A stretch of 51,724 nucleotides of DNA from the NCBI GenBank assembly GCA_019057385.1, contig JAHQJS010000001.1:1-51724 (forward strand), in the 5' to 3' direction. Below are positions 27,261 to 37,142 of the stretch, piece after piece (the stretch's first letter is position 1; the number at the start of each line of letters is the position of its first letter). A model generated the notes under the pieces. It made no database searches and was not told the origin of the DNA. It saw nothing but the letters and a program-made list of their open reading frames with translations. A program made the translations under genes and the position numbers. Origin of the DNA: Candidatus Borrarchaeum weybense. Lineage in GTDB: Archaea; Asgardarchaeota; Sifarchaeia; Borrarchaeales; Borrarchaeaceae.

Positions 27261-28036
27261 CAGATAAACCTTTTTCTAATCCAAACCTGACGAATATGCC
27301 TTAGAGGAAGTTTTTTTAGCTCATTCAAATCTTGGCCGTAGATAATCTTGAAACCATTATTTACTAACATTCGATTTATTGCCAACTTCTTTTTTACAAA
27401 TTTATAGTGCAAGAATTCCGGAGACTTACCATGGAAAACAATATCTATCACATTCGTTTTAGCCAGAAATCCAACCGAACTTAAAGGAAACATTCTATAC
27501 TCTCCACCTTCGCAATTAATCTCGAGTAAGTCAATCCGTGAAATGTTTTCATCAGAGCAAAAAGTATCCAAAGTACGGGTTTTGACTCTTACAGATTCAT
27601 CTTTCAAGTTGTCCTGCTTACTGCATACAAAATTTCGATATAAACTATTGGATTGCGAAGTAAGACCCTCATCTTTATATTTGGGATGTCGAGTGATAAA
27701 AAACTTCACGCGGTCATTGACGTCAGATATAGCAACTCGATGGGGTTGGATATTCTTATGATTTCTCACATTCCTAGCCAAAACTTTGTAGTTACTAGGA
27801 CAAGGTTCAATAGCATAGACAGTTGATTTAGGATGATCATCAGCCCAGTGAATGGCATGCCTCCCATCGAAAGAGCCCACCTCAACAAAAACTAGACTAT
27901 CTCTATGTATCCTATCTAATTGAATCTCAACAAGATTTTTTAAAATATCAGTGTACAGATTATTTCCTTCTAAACACAAATGTGGTACTGCCTCTTTTGA
28001 TTTGTTCAATGGTAAAACTTTGCTGCAGTTTTTCAA
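27260..28036 (-). CDS. FkbM-family methyltransferase (true start possibly CTG at 27958)
   Basis: VEVGSFDG, YAIEP, SNSLY, TLD, IDLLEINCEGGE. Confidence 0.85.
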   Translation of the reverse strand: MKNCSKVLPLNKSKEAVPHLCLEGNNLYTDILKNLVEIQLDRIHRDSLVFVEVGSFDGRHAIHWADDHPKSTVYAIEPCPSNYKVLARNVRNHKNIQPHRVAISDVNDRVKFFITRHPKYKDEGLTSQSNSLYRNFVCSKQDNLKDESVRVKTRTLDTFCSDENISRIDLLEINCEGGEYRMFPLSSVGFLAKTNVIDIVFHGKSPEFLHYKFVKKKLAINRMLVNNGFKIIYGQDLNELKKLPLRHIRQVWIRKRFI

Positions 28037-28290
28037 TGCACGCTCTTACATCTTCTTCAGTGACAGATAAAAAAGGCACGAAGTCATGAAATTGCACTTG
28101 AATAAACATGCATTTTTCAAAAAGAAGAAGATCAGTACCAAGTATTATTGGAATCTCAGATCCTTCACAATTTATATGGAGCTCATCAATTTTATCAAAC
28201 CGTTTTAAAATTGAGCTCATTGAAACGACGTTAACTTCTATTGGCTCACGTTTTGATTGGCTGTTGATAGGACATTTTTGTAGACTACTC
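27960..28290 (-). pseudogene. C-terminal half of a second FkbM methyltransferase
   Basis: SSL..IEVNVVSM..IDELHINCEGSE..IQVQFH; the N-terminal SAM-binding half is absent. Confidence 0.65.
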
Positions 28291-28747
28291 GTTTATCACA
28301 AAGTTCATAACTATTGAAGAATGAAAACAAGTCATCAAATGATACATAATTTTTATGAAATCTACCTTTCAAACAGATGTCTTTTCTTTCTGGAACAGTT
28401 ATAATAACAAATCCACCGCTCAGCAGTACCTTATCAATTTCTCCCAGCGCTCGAGGAAGTTCCTCAGCTGTTAAATGCTCCAAAACTTCAGAGCACACAA
28501 ATATGTCAACACTTTCATCCTCAAGTGGAGCTGATAAGATATTTCCATAATGAACGTTCAGCCCGTTTAGTGCACAATAGCACAGCTTATCAAAATCAAT
28601 ATCAAAAGATTCGTTTGGGATATTCCGCGTATTGAGCCCCCTACCAATTTGCCCATTTCCACATCCAAAGTCAACCACCAGAGGAACTTTATCCTGAGGC
28701 AAAAAAGCAGAGATGAGTTCCAGCATGTCTGTGTACCTGATGTTCAT
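28238..28747 (-). CDS. class I SAM-dependent methyltransferase (C-terminus probably truncated)
   Basis: VVDFGCGNG, CSEVLEHL, GGFVIITVP. Confidence 0.85.
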   Translation of the reverse strand: MNIRYTDMLELISAFLPQDKVPLVVDFGCGNGQIGRGLNTRNIPNESFDIDFDKLCYCALNGLNVHYGNILSAPLEDESVDIFVCSEVLEHLTAEELPRALGEIDKVLLSGGFVIITVPERKDICLKGRFHKNYVSFDDLFSFFNSYELCDKRVVYKNVLSTANQNVSQ

Positions 28748-28751
28748 TATG

Positions 28752-29330
28752 CTACTTTCTGGCTTCCAAGTAAAGGCTCCAACCTTTGTATCTGGGAAAA
28801 TCTTTTCCTACAAAAATTGGTGAGCATACTTCATAGGACAGCTTTTTGATCTCTCTAAATCCCGCTTGACTTACATAATAAACTAGAGTTTCCCAGTCAA
28901 AAGCCATCTTATGACCATGCCCAGATTTTCCTTCCGTGTAAAACCAACTTAATAATCTTCCTAGAATAGTTGGTGGAAAATCTGGATCTACCGTAGGAGC
29001 AGAACTCGAGAATATCCACTTTTCTTTGTTAAGATAAGCTTTAATCCCTGCAACAATATCCGGCACTACTATTCGGATGATTCCTCTTGGTTTTAGTGTT
29101 CTATGTATTTCTTTAAACAAATGAGGCAGAGCTACCGGGGCTACGTGCTCCATAACATGCGAGCCATAGTAACAATCAACAGAGTCATCTTCGATAGGCA
29201 TTCTCTTCATGGAATTGAGATCATATCGAAAATCCGCCGCGCCAGATAAATCTAAGATTTTCCATTCTTTTCTAATCGTGGGAGAAAACTTTTTGAATCC
29301 CTTTGCCCCACCAATATTTATCTTCAGCAT
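28752..29330 (-). CDS. methyltransferase type 11-like protein
   Basis: KINIGG, SHVMEH, RTLKPRGIIRIVVPD, SLYLEARK. Confidence 0.8.
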   Translation of the reverse strand: MLKINIGGAKGFKKFSPTIRKEWKILDLSGAADFRYDLNSMKRMPIEDDSVDCYYGSHVMEHVAPVALPHLFKEIHRTLKPRGIIRIVVPDIVAGIKAYLNKEKWIFSSSAPTVDPDFPPTILGRLLSWFYTEGKSGHGHKMAFDWETLVYYVSQAGFREIKKLSYEVCSPIFVGKDFPRYKGWSLYLEARK

Positions 29331-30166
29331 TCTTTGGCACTCTTTCTCAGTTTTTTCTTGATTTTTTCTTCACTATCAAACACAGTCCACGATCCCGTTC
29401 CCAATGCTTTCTCTAAATCCCGCATGTACTTAACCAGCTTAAAAGCACCAGGAATTTCAATACTCGCCGCCTGATCCGAACCGTATATCGCTCTATTCAA
29501 TGTCATGTGGAATTCGATCATCTTCGCTCCTAATGCCGCTGCCACCACCATAAGAACAACGCCAGGATGATGATTAGAAAAGCCCACTTTAATATCTGGA
29601 TATTCAAAATATAGTGTTCTGATAAAGTTTAGGTTAACTTCCTCAGGATCCGTTGGATAAGTAGAGGTACAAGCGAGAATGTACTTCACTTGAGGATGAA
29701 GAAAATCCACCGCTTTTTTAACCTCTTCAGCGGTAGACATTCCTGTCGATAGAATCACAGGTTTTCCAGTTCGAGATACAGCTTCCAGTAATTCAAAATC
29801 CGTAATGCAAGCCGAGGCGAGCTTAATGAATGGAGGATTATAGTTCATCAAGAACTCAACTGACTTCCAATCCCAAGGTGAAGCAAACCATCCCATTTTC
29901 TTCTCTGCACAGTATCGGTCTATCTCATCATACTCTTCTTCACTAAATTCCAATCCTTCTTTTTGCTGTCTATTGGTTGTGCCCCAAGGTGATTCTCTAT
30001 GGCGGTCGAGTTCTTCTGGAGTGTAAACTAAATCAATAGTTCTTTTCTGGAATTTGACATAGTCAATTCCTGCTAACTTAGCGACATCGATCATTTTCTT
30101 AGCGATATCAATATCCCCGTTATGATTAATACCTATTTCCGCAACGATGATGCATTTGTTACTCAT
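29324..30166 (-). CDS. neuB: N-acetylneuraminate/nonulosonate synthase (NeuB family), lacking the C-terminal AFL/SAF domain
   Basis: IVAEIGINHNGD, VKFQKR, FIKLAS, ILSTGMS, CTSTYP, GFSNH, IEFHMTL, GSDQAAS. Confidence 0.93.
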   Translation of the reverse strand: MSNKCIIVAEIGINHNGDIDIAKKMIDVAKLAGIDYVKFQKRTIDLVYTPEELDRHRESPWGTTNRQQKEGLEFSEEEYDEIDRYCAEKKMGWFASPWDWKSVEFLMNYNPPFIKLASACITDFELLEAVSRTGKPVILSTGMSTAEEVKKAVDFLHPQVKYILACTSTYPTDPEEVNLNFIRTLYFEYPDIKVGFSNHHPGVVLMVVAAALGAKMIEFHMTLNRAIYGSDQAASIEIPGAFKLVKYMRDLEKALGTGSWTVFDSEEKIKKKLRKSAKEC

Positions 30167-30981
30167 TGTTCTCCTCCTACTGGAATGCCCCAGTATTTAC
30201 AGTTTGTACCACAGTAAGGAATTTCTTTTCTCCTGCCACTGCAGTGCATTTCTTTCATCCACCTTCTCTTATTACAATTCCAGAGTTCGCTGAGCGTATT
30301 GTCTCGAATATTACCTAAGACTAACTCACCTTCTGGATCAAATCTTACACATACTGAAACATTCCCATGTCTATCAATTGCTAAGCGGGTTAGAAAATCC
30401 CAACATACTCCAATCTCTGGAATAGTAGGAAGTCTTTTATACTCAACACTTCCTTTCGGAGCATGAAGAGTTCTTGTTACAATTTGCAAATCAAATTTAT
30501 CATAGCATTTTCTGTAGGAGTTACCGACGAAGCGTAAAGTAGTATATGGTTTTTTATTCCCTTTTATTTTGAGAAATTCTTCAAGGATGTGAAACTGTTC
30601 TTCAGCTTCATAGTCATTCTCAATAATAGAAATGGATAAAATATCTAACTTCCCAATTATCTCATCCGCCTTTTCTACCAGTAATTTCCCATTGCTAACG
30701 ATATTAGTAACACAATGCTTAAACAGAGACACGGCTTTTCCAAAATGTGGATATAACAAACTTTCGCCATTGTTATGTAGTTGAACTACAATTCCCTCTG
30801 GTGTTTCTTCAGCGATTTTTTCTACTAAGCAAAAATCCATATCTCCATATTTAAGATCACCATAGAGCCTGTCACGCTCTCTTCTGCCGCACATCCAGCA
30901 GCATTTATTGCATCGTGAGGTTAGTTCTACATTAATATTACACAATCCATTTAGATTTCTCTCATTCATATGGTAGTCCAT
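30163..30981 (-). CDS. radical SAM/SPASM (twitch) protein
   Basis: ELTSRCNKCCWMC, HNNGE; C..GNVSVC..D..LGNI..C...C. Confidence 0.88.
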   Translation of the reverse strand: MDYHMNERNLNGLCNINVELTSRCNKCCWMCGRRERDRLYGDLKYGDMDFCLVEKIAEETPEGIVVQLHNNGESLLYPHFGKAVSLFKHCVTNIVSNGKLLVEKADEIIGKLDILSISIIENDYEAEEQFHILEEFLKIKGNKKPYTTLRFVGNSYRKCYDKFDLQIVTRTLHAPKGSVEYKRLPTIPEIGVCWDFLTRLAIDRHGNVSVCVRFDPEGELVLGNIRDNTLSELWNCNKRRWMKEMHCSGRRKEIPYCGTNCKYWGIPVGGEQ

Positions 30982-31802
30982 CCTCCGTCAACTATTATGG
31001 TTTGTCCAGTTACAAAACTAGAGGCGTCGCATGCCAAGTAAATTAAAGCTCCATCAAGTTCTTTGGGATGTCCTGTTCTATTGAGGACTGTTTTATTTTC
31101 CAGTTTTTTGAGGAAAGGATCTCTCGAGTTTACACTATTTGAACTTTTACTTTCTACATTTGGAAAAGGACCAGGAAGAATAGCATTACATCTAATACCA
31201 TACTTTCCCCAAAACGAAGCAACATATCTGGTGAAAGCTAATATTCCCGCTTTGTTAACACTATAAGTCGCGGGATTTAGAAATTCTGAATCCTCATATA
31301 ACCTTGAATCTGGAGCGACGATAGAATACATCGATCCTATATTGATAATACTTCCTCTTCTTTTTTCCTTGATAAGCTGCTTTCCAATAATCTGAGTTAT
31401 CAAAACGGCTCCATAGATTCCACATTCAAATGCTGATTTCCAATGTACATATGTCAAGTTTTCTAAAAAACCTTCTTGAGTATTAAAGCCTGTTCTTTCA
31501 CCCATGTCATAAGCATTGTTTATAATAGCATCAATGGTAAAATCATATGCAAAGCTCGTTATGATGTCTCTAAGTCTTGCTCGATCATAAAAATCTACCT
31601 GAGCACCAAAAACTTTATCCTCACCAAACCGCTCACGATATTCTTCAGTTTGCTCTACTACTTTAATAGAACGACTCAAGAGAATAACTCTGGCTCCAAC
31701 TTTTAGAAACGCTTCGCACGCATATCTTCCCAAGAAGCCTGAGGCACCAGTAATCAGCACCGTTTTATTTTTTATGTTAAATATTTTTTCCAATTCATTC
31801 AT
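30966..31802 (-). CDS. short-chain dehydrogenase/reductase (PtmA-like)
   Basis: TGASGFLG, INNA, IINIGSMYS, YSVNK, VDGGWT. Confidence 0.9.
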   Translation of the reverse strand: MNELEKIFNIKNKTVLITGASGFLGRYACEAFLKVGARVILLSRSIKVVEQTEEYRERFGEDKVFGAQVDFYDRARLRDIITSFAYDFTIDAIINNAYDMGERTGFNTQEGFLENLTYVHWKSAFECGIYGAVLITQIIGKQLIKEKRRGSIINIGSMYSIVAPDSRLYEDSEFLNPATYSVNKAGILAFTRYVASFWGKYGIRCNAILPGPFPNVESKSSNSVNSRDPFLKKLENKTVLNRTGHPKELDGALIYLACDASSFVTGQTIIVDGGWTTI

Positions 31803-32472
31803 GTTGATGATCCATGAGTTTATAAATATTATGAAGGTCTTCAGAGGAATCAACCTGGAAGGAATTCCAGAAAGGCACTTCCACGTATCCAATTTTTCCA
31901 CCAAGTCTGCAGGTACTTCTCATAAAGAATTCTTTTGAGAAGATATAAAAAGCCCCAGACTCTATCAAAGCTTTCGGGCCTTTTCTAGTCTGTCTCGTCA
32001 TTCTATTCTTGAAATTATAATTAGCTGGCTTTAGTCCTTTCTTTCCATCCAACCAAAATAGCATATCCTCAGGGCACACCGCACTAAATAAAGAATCGTA
32101 TTTCATCTCCAAAAATTTATCTATTCCTCTATCTATATCTTCGGAATCAATCATTGGAGATGTCGCCTGGATCAACACGATAACATCACATTCAATACAT
32201 TCTAGAAAGTGGGATACGGCCTCTTCAGTAGGACTATCATCTCTACAAAATATTCCAGGCCTATCAATGACCTTTGCTCCGTATGTCTCTGAGACTTGCC
32301 CTATTTCTTTATTATCAGTACTCACATAAACTTCTTCAACCTTTGAGTGGTAAGCCGCTATAATAGAATAGGCTATAAGAGGTAATCCGCAAAGGTCACG
32401 AATATTCTTCTTTCGAATTCCTTTACTTCCACCTCTTGCTGGAATTAAAGTGACTATTTTTTGCTCACTCAT
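31795..32472 (-). CDS. neuA: acylneuraminate cytidylyltransferase (CMP-nonulosonate synthetase)
   Basis: IPARGGSKGIRKKNI, VSTD, LIQATSP, ESGAFYI, VDSSEDL. Confidence 0.93.
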   Translation of the reverse strand: MSEQKIVTLIPARGGSKGIRKKNIRDLCGLPLIAYSIIAAYHSKVEEVYVSTDNKEIGQVSETYGAKVIDRPGIFCRDDSPTEEAVSHFLECIECDVIVLIQATSPMIDSEDIDRGIDKFLEMKYDSLFSAVCPEDMLFWLDGKKGLKPANYNFKNRMTRQTRKGPKALIESGAFYIFSKEFFMRSTCRLGGKIGYVEVPFWNSFQVDSSEDLHNIYKLMDHQHE

Positions 32473-33239
32473 TTCAAGATCCTTGTGTTAGCCACACTGA
32501 TGCCTTGGTTAAATCTCTGTTCGACTATGCTAATGATATACTTTTTAGTTTTCTTAATACGCTTTTTCTTATACTCTGATCTAGACATTCTAGAGTCATG
32601 AGCACGATATATAGAAACAATATCATCTATAAAAAGAGGAATAAAACCAAATCGAATTGCTCTCCTCCACATTTCGTTGTCTGAAGAAAATCTGAGCGTC
32701 TCGTCATACAATCCCAATCTCTTATGAAACTCTCGCCTAACCATAACTGACTGAGCATGAATAAGACGATGATGATATTCCTTCCTTAAATCCATCTCCT
32801 GACTCAACTTTTTCATTAGCTTTTTTCTACGTAGATGAGAATTCTTGGATAACGAGCCATCGGCTTGACGAACTAAAACTCCGCTATGGCACCACAACTT
32901 ATCCGGAGTTTGCTTAAGTCCTTTATGCCTTATCTCTATAGAATTGGGTGTTAGCATGTCATCAGCATCTATCATCACAATATAATCACCTTTTGTTCGG
33001 ATGATACCTTCGTTTTTCGCCACGCTATATCCACTATTCTCGTTGAGACGATAATAGAAAATTCGACCGTCTTTTAGATAAGGTTGTATTACTTCATAAG
33101 GATTATCTAAAGATGCGTCATCAATAATAATCAGTTCCCAATTTGAATAACTTTGCTTTAGCACAGATTTTATCAAATCCGGGATATAGTGTTTATAATT
33201 AAAAAGAGTAGTAACTACAGATATCAAATCAGCATTCAT
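32469..33239 (-). CDS. glycosyltransferase family 2
   Basis: ISVVTTLFN, LIIIDDAS, MIDADD; paralog of 34962-35678. Confidence 0.9.
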   Translation of the reverse strand: MNADLISVVTTLFNYKHYIPDLIKSVLKQSYSNWELIIIDDASLDNPYEVIQPYLKDGRIFYYRLNENSGYSVAKNEGIIRTKGDYIVMIDADDMLTPNSIEIRHKGLKQTPDKLWCHSGVLVRQADGSLSKNSHLRRKKLMKKLSQEMDLRKEYHHRLIHAQSVMVRREFHKRLGLYDETLRFSSDNEMWRRAIRFGFIPLFIDDIVSIYRAHDSRMSRSEYKKKRIKKTKKYIISIVEQRFNQGISVANTRILK

Positions 33240-34204
33240 AATAAACTATGCATAAAAGTCAAATATTGCTTTGCCACTTCATTAATCAAAACATGATCAT
33301 TTCGAATAGGAAGCCGCTTTTGCGAGGCTTTTACCATTGCCTTAGCAATGATACTTCGATCTATTGGCTTTGGATGATACAAATCAAGAGGTTTAAAATC
33401 ATATGGTTTATCTATATTGCAAACGTATCCTCCGGAAAGGCGAACAAGTTCTGGAGTTCCTCCAACATTATTAGATATCACAGGAACTTTTGCTGTAATA
33501 GCTTCAACTACACTATTAGGACAACTATCAAACCAACAAAGATGAATAGAAGCGCACGCTATTTTAAGATATCTGGCTATTCGATTTTGATCTATAACAC
33601 CGAGATACGATATACTTGGACATCCCTCGAAGTACCTTTTCTGCTCTTTATCCGATAAGCCACTCCTGCTTAAATCCCCAGCTACCAACAACCTGCTACT
33701 CTCGATATTTGCCAGCAAAAAAGATTCGATAATATCTCGCAATCTCTTATGAGGACGCCATCTTGAAAAAGCTACAAAAACATTCTTTTCTGAAACTTTA
33801 ACCGGCTTAGCTTTTTCAAAAAATTCTGGGTCTGCCCCATTGTAGATAACTGCTCTGGGTCCCTTAAACTTCCCAAGGAATACATCTCCCATGTGACTAG
33901 AGAATTGAGATTGGTAAACTACAGCATCGGACTTATGCAAACTTTCGCTAATACCTTTATTCCTTTTTACATAATCAACTCGCGTGTCATGCCAAACTCC
34001 ATCAATCCTTACAATTTTAATTCTTGACTTTGTAGGTTTTAATCTAATAATATGCAAAGAAATGTCGGCTTCGTGCTGAGGATTATCTGTAACTTTTACG
34101 CCCATAGAAAGTAGAGCGTGCCCGAGTCTGCTGCAGAATGCAGACTTACCTTGCAGTTGCACATCTTGTGATAAACCATTTGGAATGTAGACAATCATGC
34201 TCAT
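33236..34204 (-). CDS. glycosyltransferase family 4 (GT-B)
   Basis: VIYNGAD, WRPHKRL, DSCPNSVVEA, GGTPELV. Confidence 0.9.
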   Translation of the reverse strand: MSMIVYIPNGLSQDVQLQGKSAFCSRLGHALLSMGVKVTDNPQHEADISLHIIRLKPTKSRIKIVRIDGVWHDTRVDYVKRNKGISESLHKSDAVVYQSQFSSHMGDVFLGKFKGPRAVIYNGADPEFFEKAKPVKVSEKNVFVAFSRWRPHKRLRDIIESFLLANIESSRLLVAGDLSRSGLSDKEQKRYFEGCPSISYLGVIDQNRIARYLKIACASIHLCWFDSCPNSVVEAITAKVPVISNNVGGTPELVRLSGGYVCNIDKPYDFKPLDLYHPKPIDRSIIAKAMVKASQKRLPIRNDHVLINEVAKQYLTFMHSLL

Positions 34205-34965
34205 CCTTTTATCGAACGAATATCAACATGTTTTAAATCAGGATATAAATTAGTTCTTGTATGTCCGACGAGTATCTCTCTATTCGCTGGAACCATCCAT
34301 CTAAAGTTGAAATCAACAATAAATGATTTTATTTTATGAGTGCTATGTGGAAGATTCTTATCCTTTCCTTCATGCTGCTTATTCCATTGATGATGTACTT
34401 CTCCATAGACAGGATTTCCTCCTGTCCAGAAGTAGGTAGAGTCATACAGGTCTATACCAAAAATAACGATATGTTTATATCCAAGCCTATAAATCAATTC
34501 CAGAAGCACTGCTATAGACATATCGTAACTTTTAGTTAGTCGACTTTTTTGCATTACATATTTTGCCGTAAAAACTTTATCAGTACGTCTTGGATCTCTC
34601 TTTATCATGGCATACTCATATTTATATGGCATATCTCCGACGACAGTATGTAGAAGAGCGGATGATCCATCTCTCAGTCTTAATCCTTTTCCTTTCTCAA
34701 AAAGATATTTTACATTTTGATACTGCTTTCTCTTTTCATTGAATCTCCTCTTGAGGATCGGAAAATTGTAATATTTAGCCTCGACATGATAAAAATCTGG
34801 AACGATAGTTGGATGATAAATCCAATTGTTAAGAGTCCAGATATCACATGCCCGAATCGCATCCCATTCTTCCTTTGTTATAAAATTGATGGAAGGACCA
34901 GACCCTAAAAGTACACAGGTATCACTTTTCTTCTGTTTATATATCTCTCTCAATGAAAACATCAT
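34201..34965 (-). CDS. Maf/DUF115- or sialyltransferase-fold protein
   Basis: CVLLGSGPS, WTLNN, LGYKHIVIFGIDL..YF. Confidence 0.65.
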   Translation of the reverse strand: MMFSLREIYKQKKSDTCVLLGSGPSINFITKEEWDAIRACDIWTLNNWIYHPTIVPDFYHVEAKYYNFPILKRRFNEKRKQYQNVKYLFEKGKGLRLRDGSSALLHTVVGDMPYKYEYAMIKRDPRRTDKVFTAKYVMQKSRLTKSYDMSIAVLLELIYRLGYKHIVIFGIDLYDSTYFWTGGNPVYGEVHHQWNKQHEGKDKNLPHSTHKIKSFIVDFNFRWMVPANREILVGHTRTNLYPDLKHVDIRSIKG

Positions 34966-35678
34966 TCACACATCTCTAATCCCGAGAAGTCCCCACCTTT
35001 CCTCTTTTCTAAAACTTCGTGCATTCTTCTATTTAAATTTTCCCTATCCTTCCTCTTCCTTTTACTTCGATGCATTTGCTTACCATGAATTCGATATATG
35101 GCAACATCCTCATCTACTGTACCAACCTTGAAGTCGGCATTGGCAATGCGAAGAAACATTTCTCTATCACCCTGAGCCCAAAACCAAGGATCATACAAGC
35201 CAATTTTTCGATGAATTTCTTTCCTTAACATTACTCCCTGAGCGTGAATCCAAAGAGCATTTTTAGTTTCTATCCATTTAGGCCACATTGGATCACGAAC
35301 TAACTTTTTGTTCCTTTCAAGACGTAGGCAAGGCCCGTGAACCAAATCATATCCCTCCATTAATTTTTTGTATCTCAAACTTATTCCATTTTCTGTGAGC
35401 ATATCATCCGCATCTAGCATAACTAATATTTCAGATTTAGCAGATCTAATTCCCATATTTTTAGCATTGGAATAATTCCTATTCTCAGGTAAACGAATGT
35501 ATCTAACTCGTTCGCACAAGAAGGGACGAATTTCTTCAAAAGGATTATCTGTTGACGCATCATCAACAATAATTAATTCTGAACAGATGAAATCCTGCTT
35601 CAAAAAAGATTCTATGCATTCAGAGATATACTCTCTATAGTTAAATAAGGTAGATATAACAGAAACTTTAATTTTCAT
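34962..35678 (-). CDS. glycosyltransferase family 2
   Basis: VSVISTLFN, IIVDDAS, MLDADD, IHAQGVM. Confidence 0.9.
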   Translation of the reverse strand: MKIKVSVISTLFNYREYISECIESFLKQDFICSELIIVDDASTDNPFEEIRPFLCERVRYIRLPENRNYSNAKNMGIRSAKSEILVMLDADDMLTENGISLRYKKLMEGYDLVHGPCLRLERNKKLVRDPMWPKWIETKNALWIHAQGVMLRKEIHRKIGLYDPWFWAQGDREMFLRIANADFKVGTVDEDVAIYRIHGKQMHRSKRKRKDRENLNRRMHEVLEKRKGGDFSGLEMCE

Positions 35679-35680
35679 GA

Positions 35681-36496
35681 TTAATAAGAACTTGTGAACA
35701 ACCAATCATTAGTTATGGAAATGTACTCCATCATTTCCCTAGCAACTACTCCATTGATCCGGCCAATTCTATTTTGTTCTCTTCTTATATTTTCTACTAT
35801 ATCATCGACACCTGTCCATTTGATAGCATTTGGTAAATTTCCATTGTAGATGCATCGAATGCCCATCAGACCCAGTTCGATAACGGTGTTTGGAAGCCCA
35901 TCATGTTCTGTCAGTCTTAAGCCCAAGAAACACTTACGATACACATCGGGCATATCTTTATATGGTATTTCTCGGTCTGTCCCAACCTCTCCATGGATAC
36001 AGTTAATACTGCCTAACCTACTAAGCACCTCTTCGGCAAGTTTACCGTTGTAAACGTGAGGCCTGCGCTTACATCCATATGTGTATAAGTCATTTCCCAG
36101 AGGACAAGGTCTAAAGCGTTCAGGGAGAACCGTCGATACAGGAACAAACTGATACTCTAACCCCACCTCTCTAAGATCGTCAGCGATAAATTCTGAGATT
36201 GCTATGTGCCTAACATGTTTTTGTCCAGGAAGATGAGAAAAGCATTCATTCAATCCTTTATGGTTTAATTTCCCTTGAGCATGCAAAGACAGGAATTTAG
36301 CATCTGTTCCTCCCCAAAGTATTACCGCTAATGACTTATGCTTAAAAGCTCTCTTGAGCATTGAAGGCGAGTAGCAGCCAAAGAAGATTGCTGGTTTTGT
36401 TCGGTCATCATACTTCTCAAGTTGATATTTCTTCCTGAGTCTACCTTCCATGTATCTCAGGCTAACAGCTACAGATATTTGTTTAATTCTCATCAT
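35681..36496 (-). CDS. GT-B fold glycosyltransferase
   Basis: WGGTDA; YRKCFLGLRLTEHDGLPNTVIELGLMG (GT4-like D/E-x7-E). Confidence 0.7.
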   Translation of the reverse strand: MMRIKQISVAVSLRYMEGRLRKKYQLEKYDDRTKPAIFFGCYSPSMLKRAFKHKSLAVILWGGTDAKFLSLHAQGKLNHKGLNECFSHLPGQKHVRHIAISEFIADDLREVGLEYQFVPVSTVLPERFRPCPLGNDLYTYGCKRRPHVYNGKLAEEVLSRLGSINCIHGEVGTDREIPYKDMPDVYRKCFLGLRLTEHDGLPNTVIELGLMGIRCIYNGNLPNAIKWTGVDDIVENIRREQNRIGRINGVVAREMMEYISITNDWLFTSSY

Positions 36497-37142
36497 AACC
36501 CCAGATTAGCTTTTTCTTCTCGCGTTTAGCCTTCATGATAAAATCTTCCTGCTTGAACTTCCGAGCATCTTTGTGAGTTTGATCCATTTGATCAGGAAAG
36601 TTGCAGGGATGATAATGAAAGACTCTTGCCTTCTCCTCCTGAACAAACTTATTACCCAATTTGTTGCAGAGGTTATATATTTCAAAGCAAGCGAAATGAA
36701 AATAGTACGGGCAGAACAATTGCTTCGAAGGATATCTTTGCAAAAACTTCTGACCTACTAATGCTATACCCGTGGGATGAAATGAATTTCCTTCTTGAAC
36801 AAAACCAACTACGCCATCATCATCTGGGAAATTTTTATTGAAACATTCAAGAGCGTTCTCGATGGAATTTTCTAAGAATATTATATCATCCGTTCCATAC
36901 AAAAGCCCGTCTTTAACGTTTCGTGATCCCCAGTTGCGACAGAAAACAGTTCCTTTATTCTCAGGAACAAGTTCGGCATGTACTTCCTTGTGATTCTTTA
37001 TCAGATACTCAAAGGTGTCTCTATCTCCATCACATACCACAATAATACTAACATTGGGCAATCGTTTTGGGATAGAATCAAGAGTACCCTCCAACTTTTC
37101 AATCCTATTGCGAGTTGGAATTACTATGTCGATATGTTTCAT
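36483..37142 (-). CDS. glycosyltransferase family 2
   Basis: IDIVIPTRNR, IVVCD, YGTDD, VFHYHP. Confidence 0.8.
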   Translation of the reverse strand: MKHIDIVIPTRNRIEKLEGTLDSIPKRLPNVSIIVVCDGDRDTFEYLIKNHKEVHAELVPENKGTVFCRNWGSRNVKDGLLYGTDDIIFLENSIENALECFNKNFPDDDGVVGFVQEGNSFHPTGIALVGQKFLQRYPSKQLFCPYYFHFACFEIYNLCNKLGNKFVQEEKARVFHYHPCNFPDQMDQTHKDARKFKQEDFIMKAKREKKKLIWGYDEN

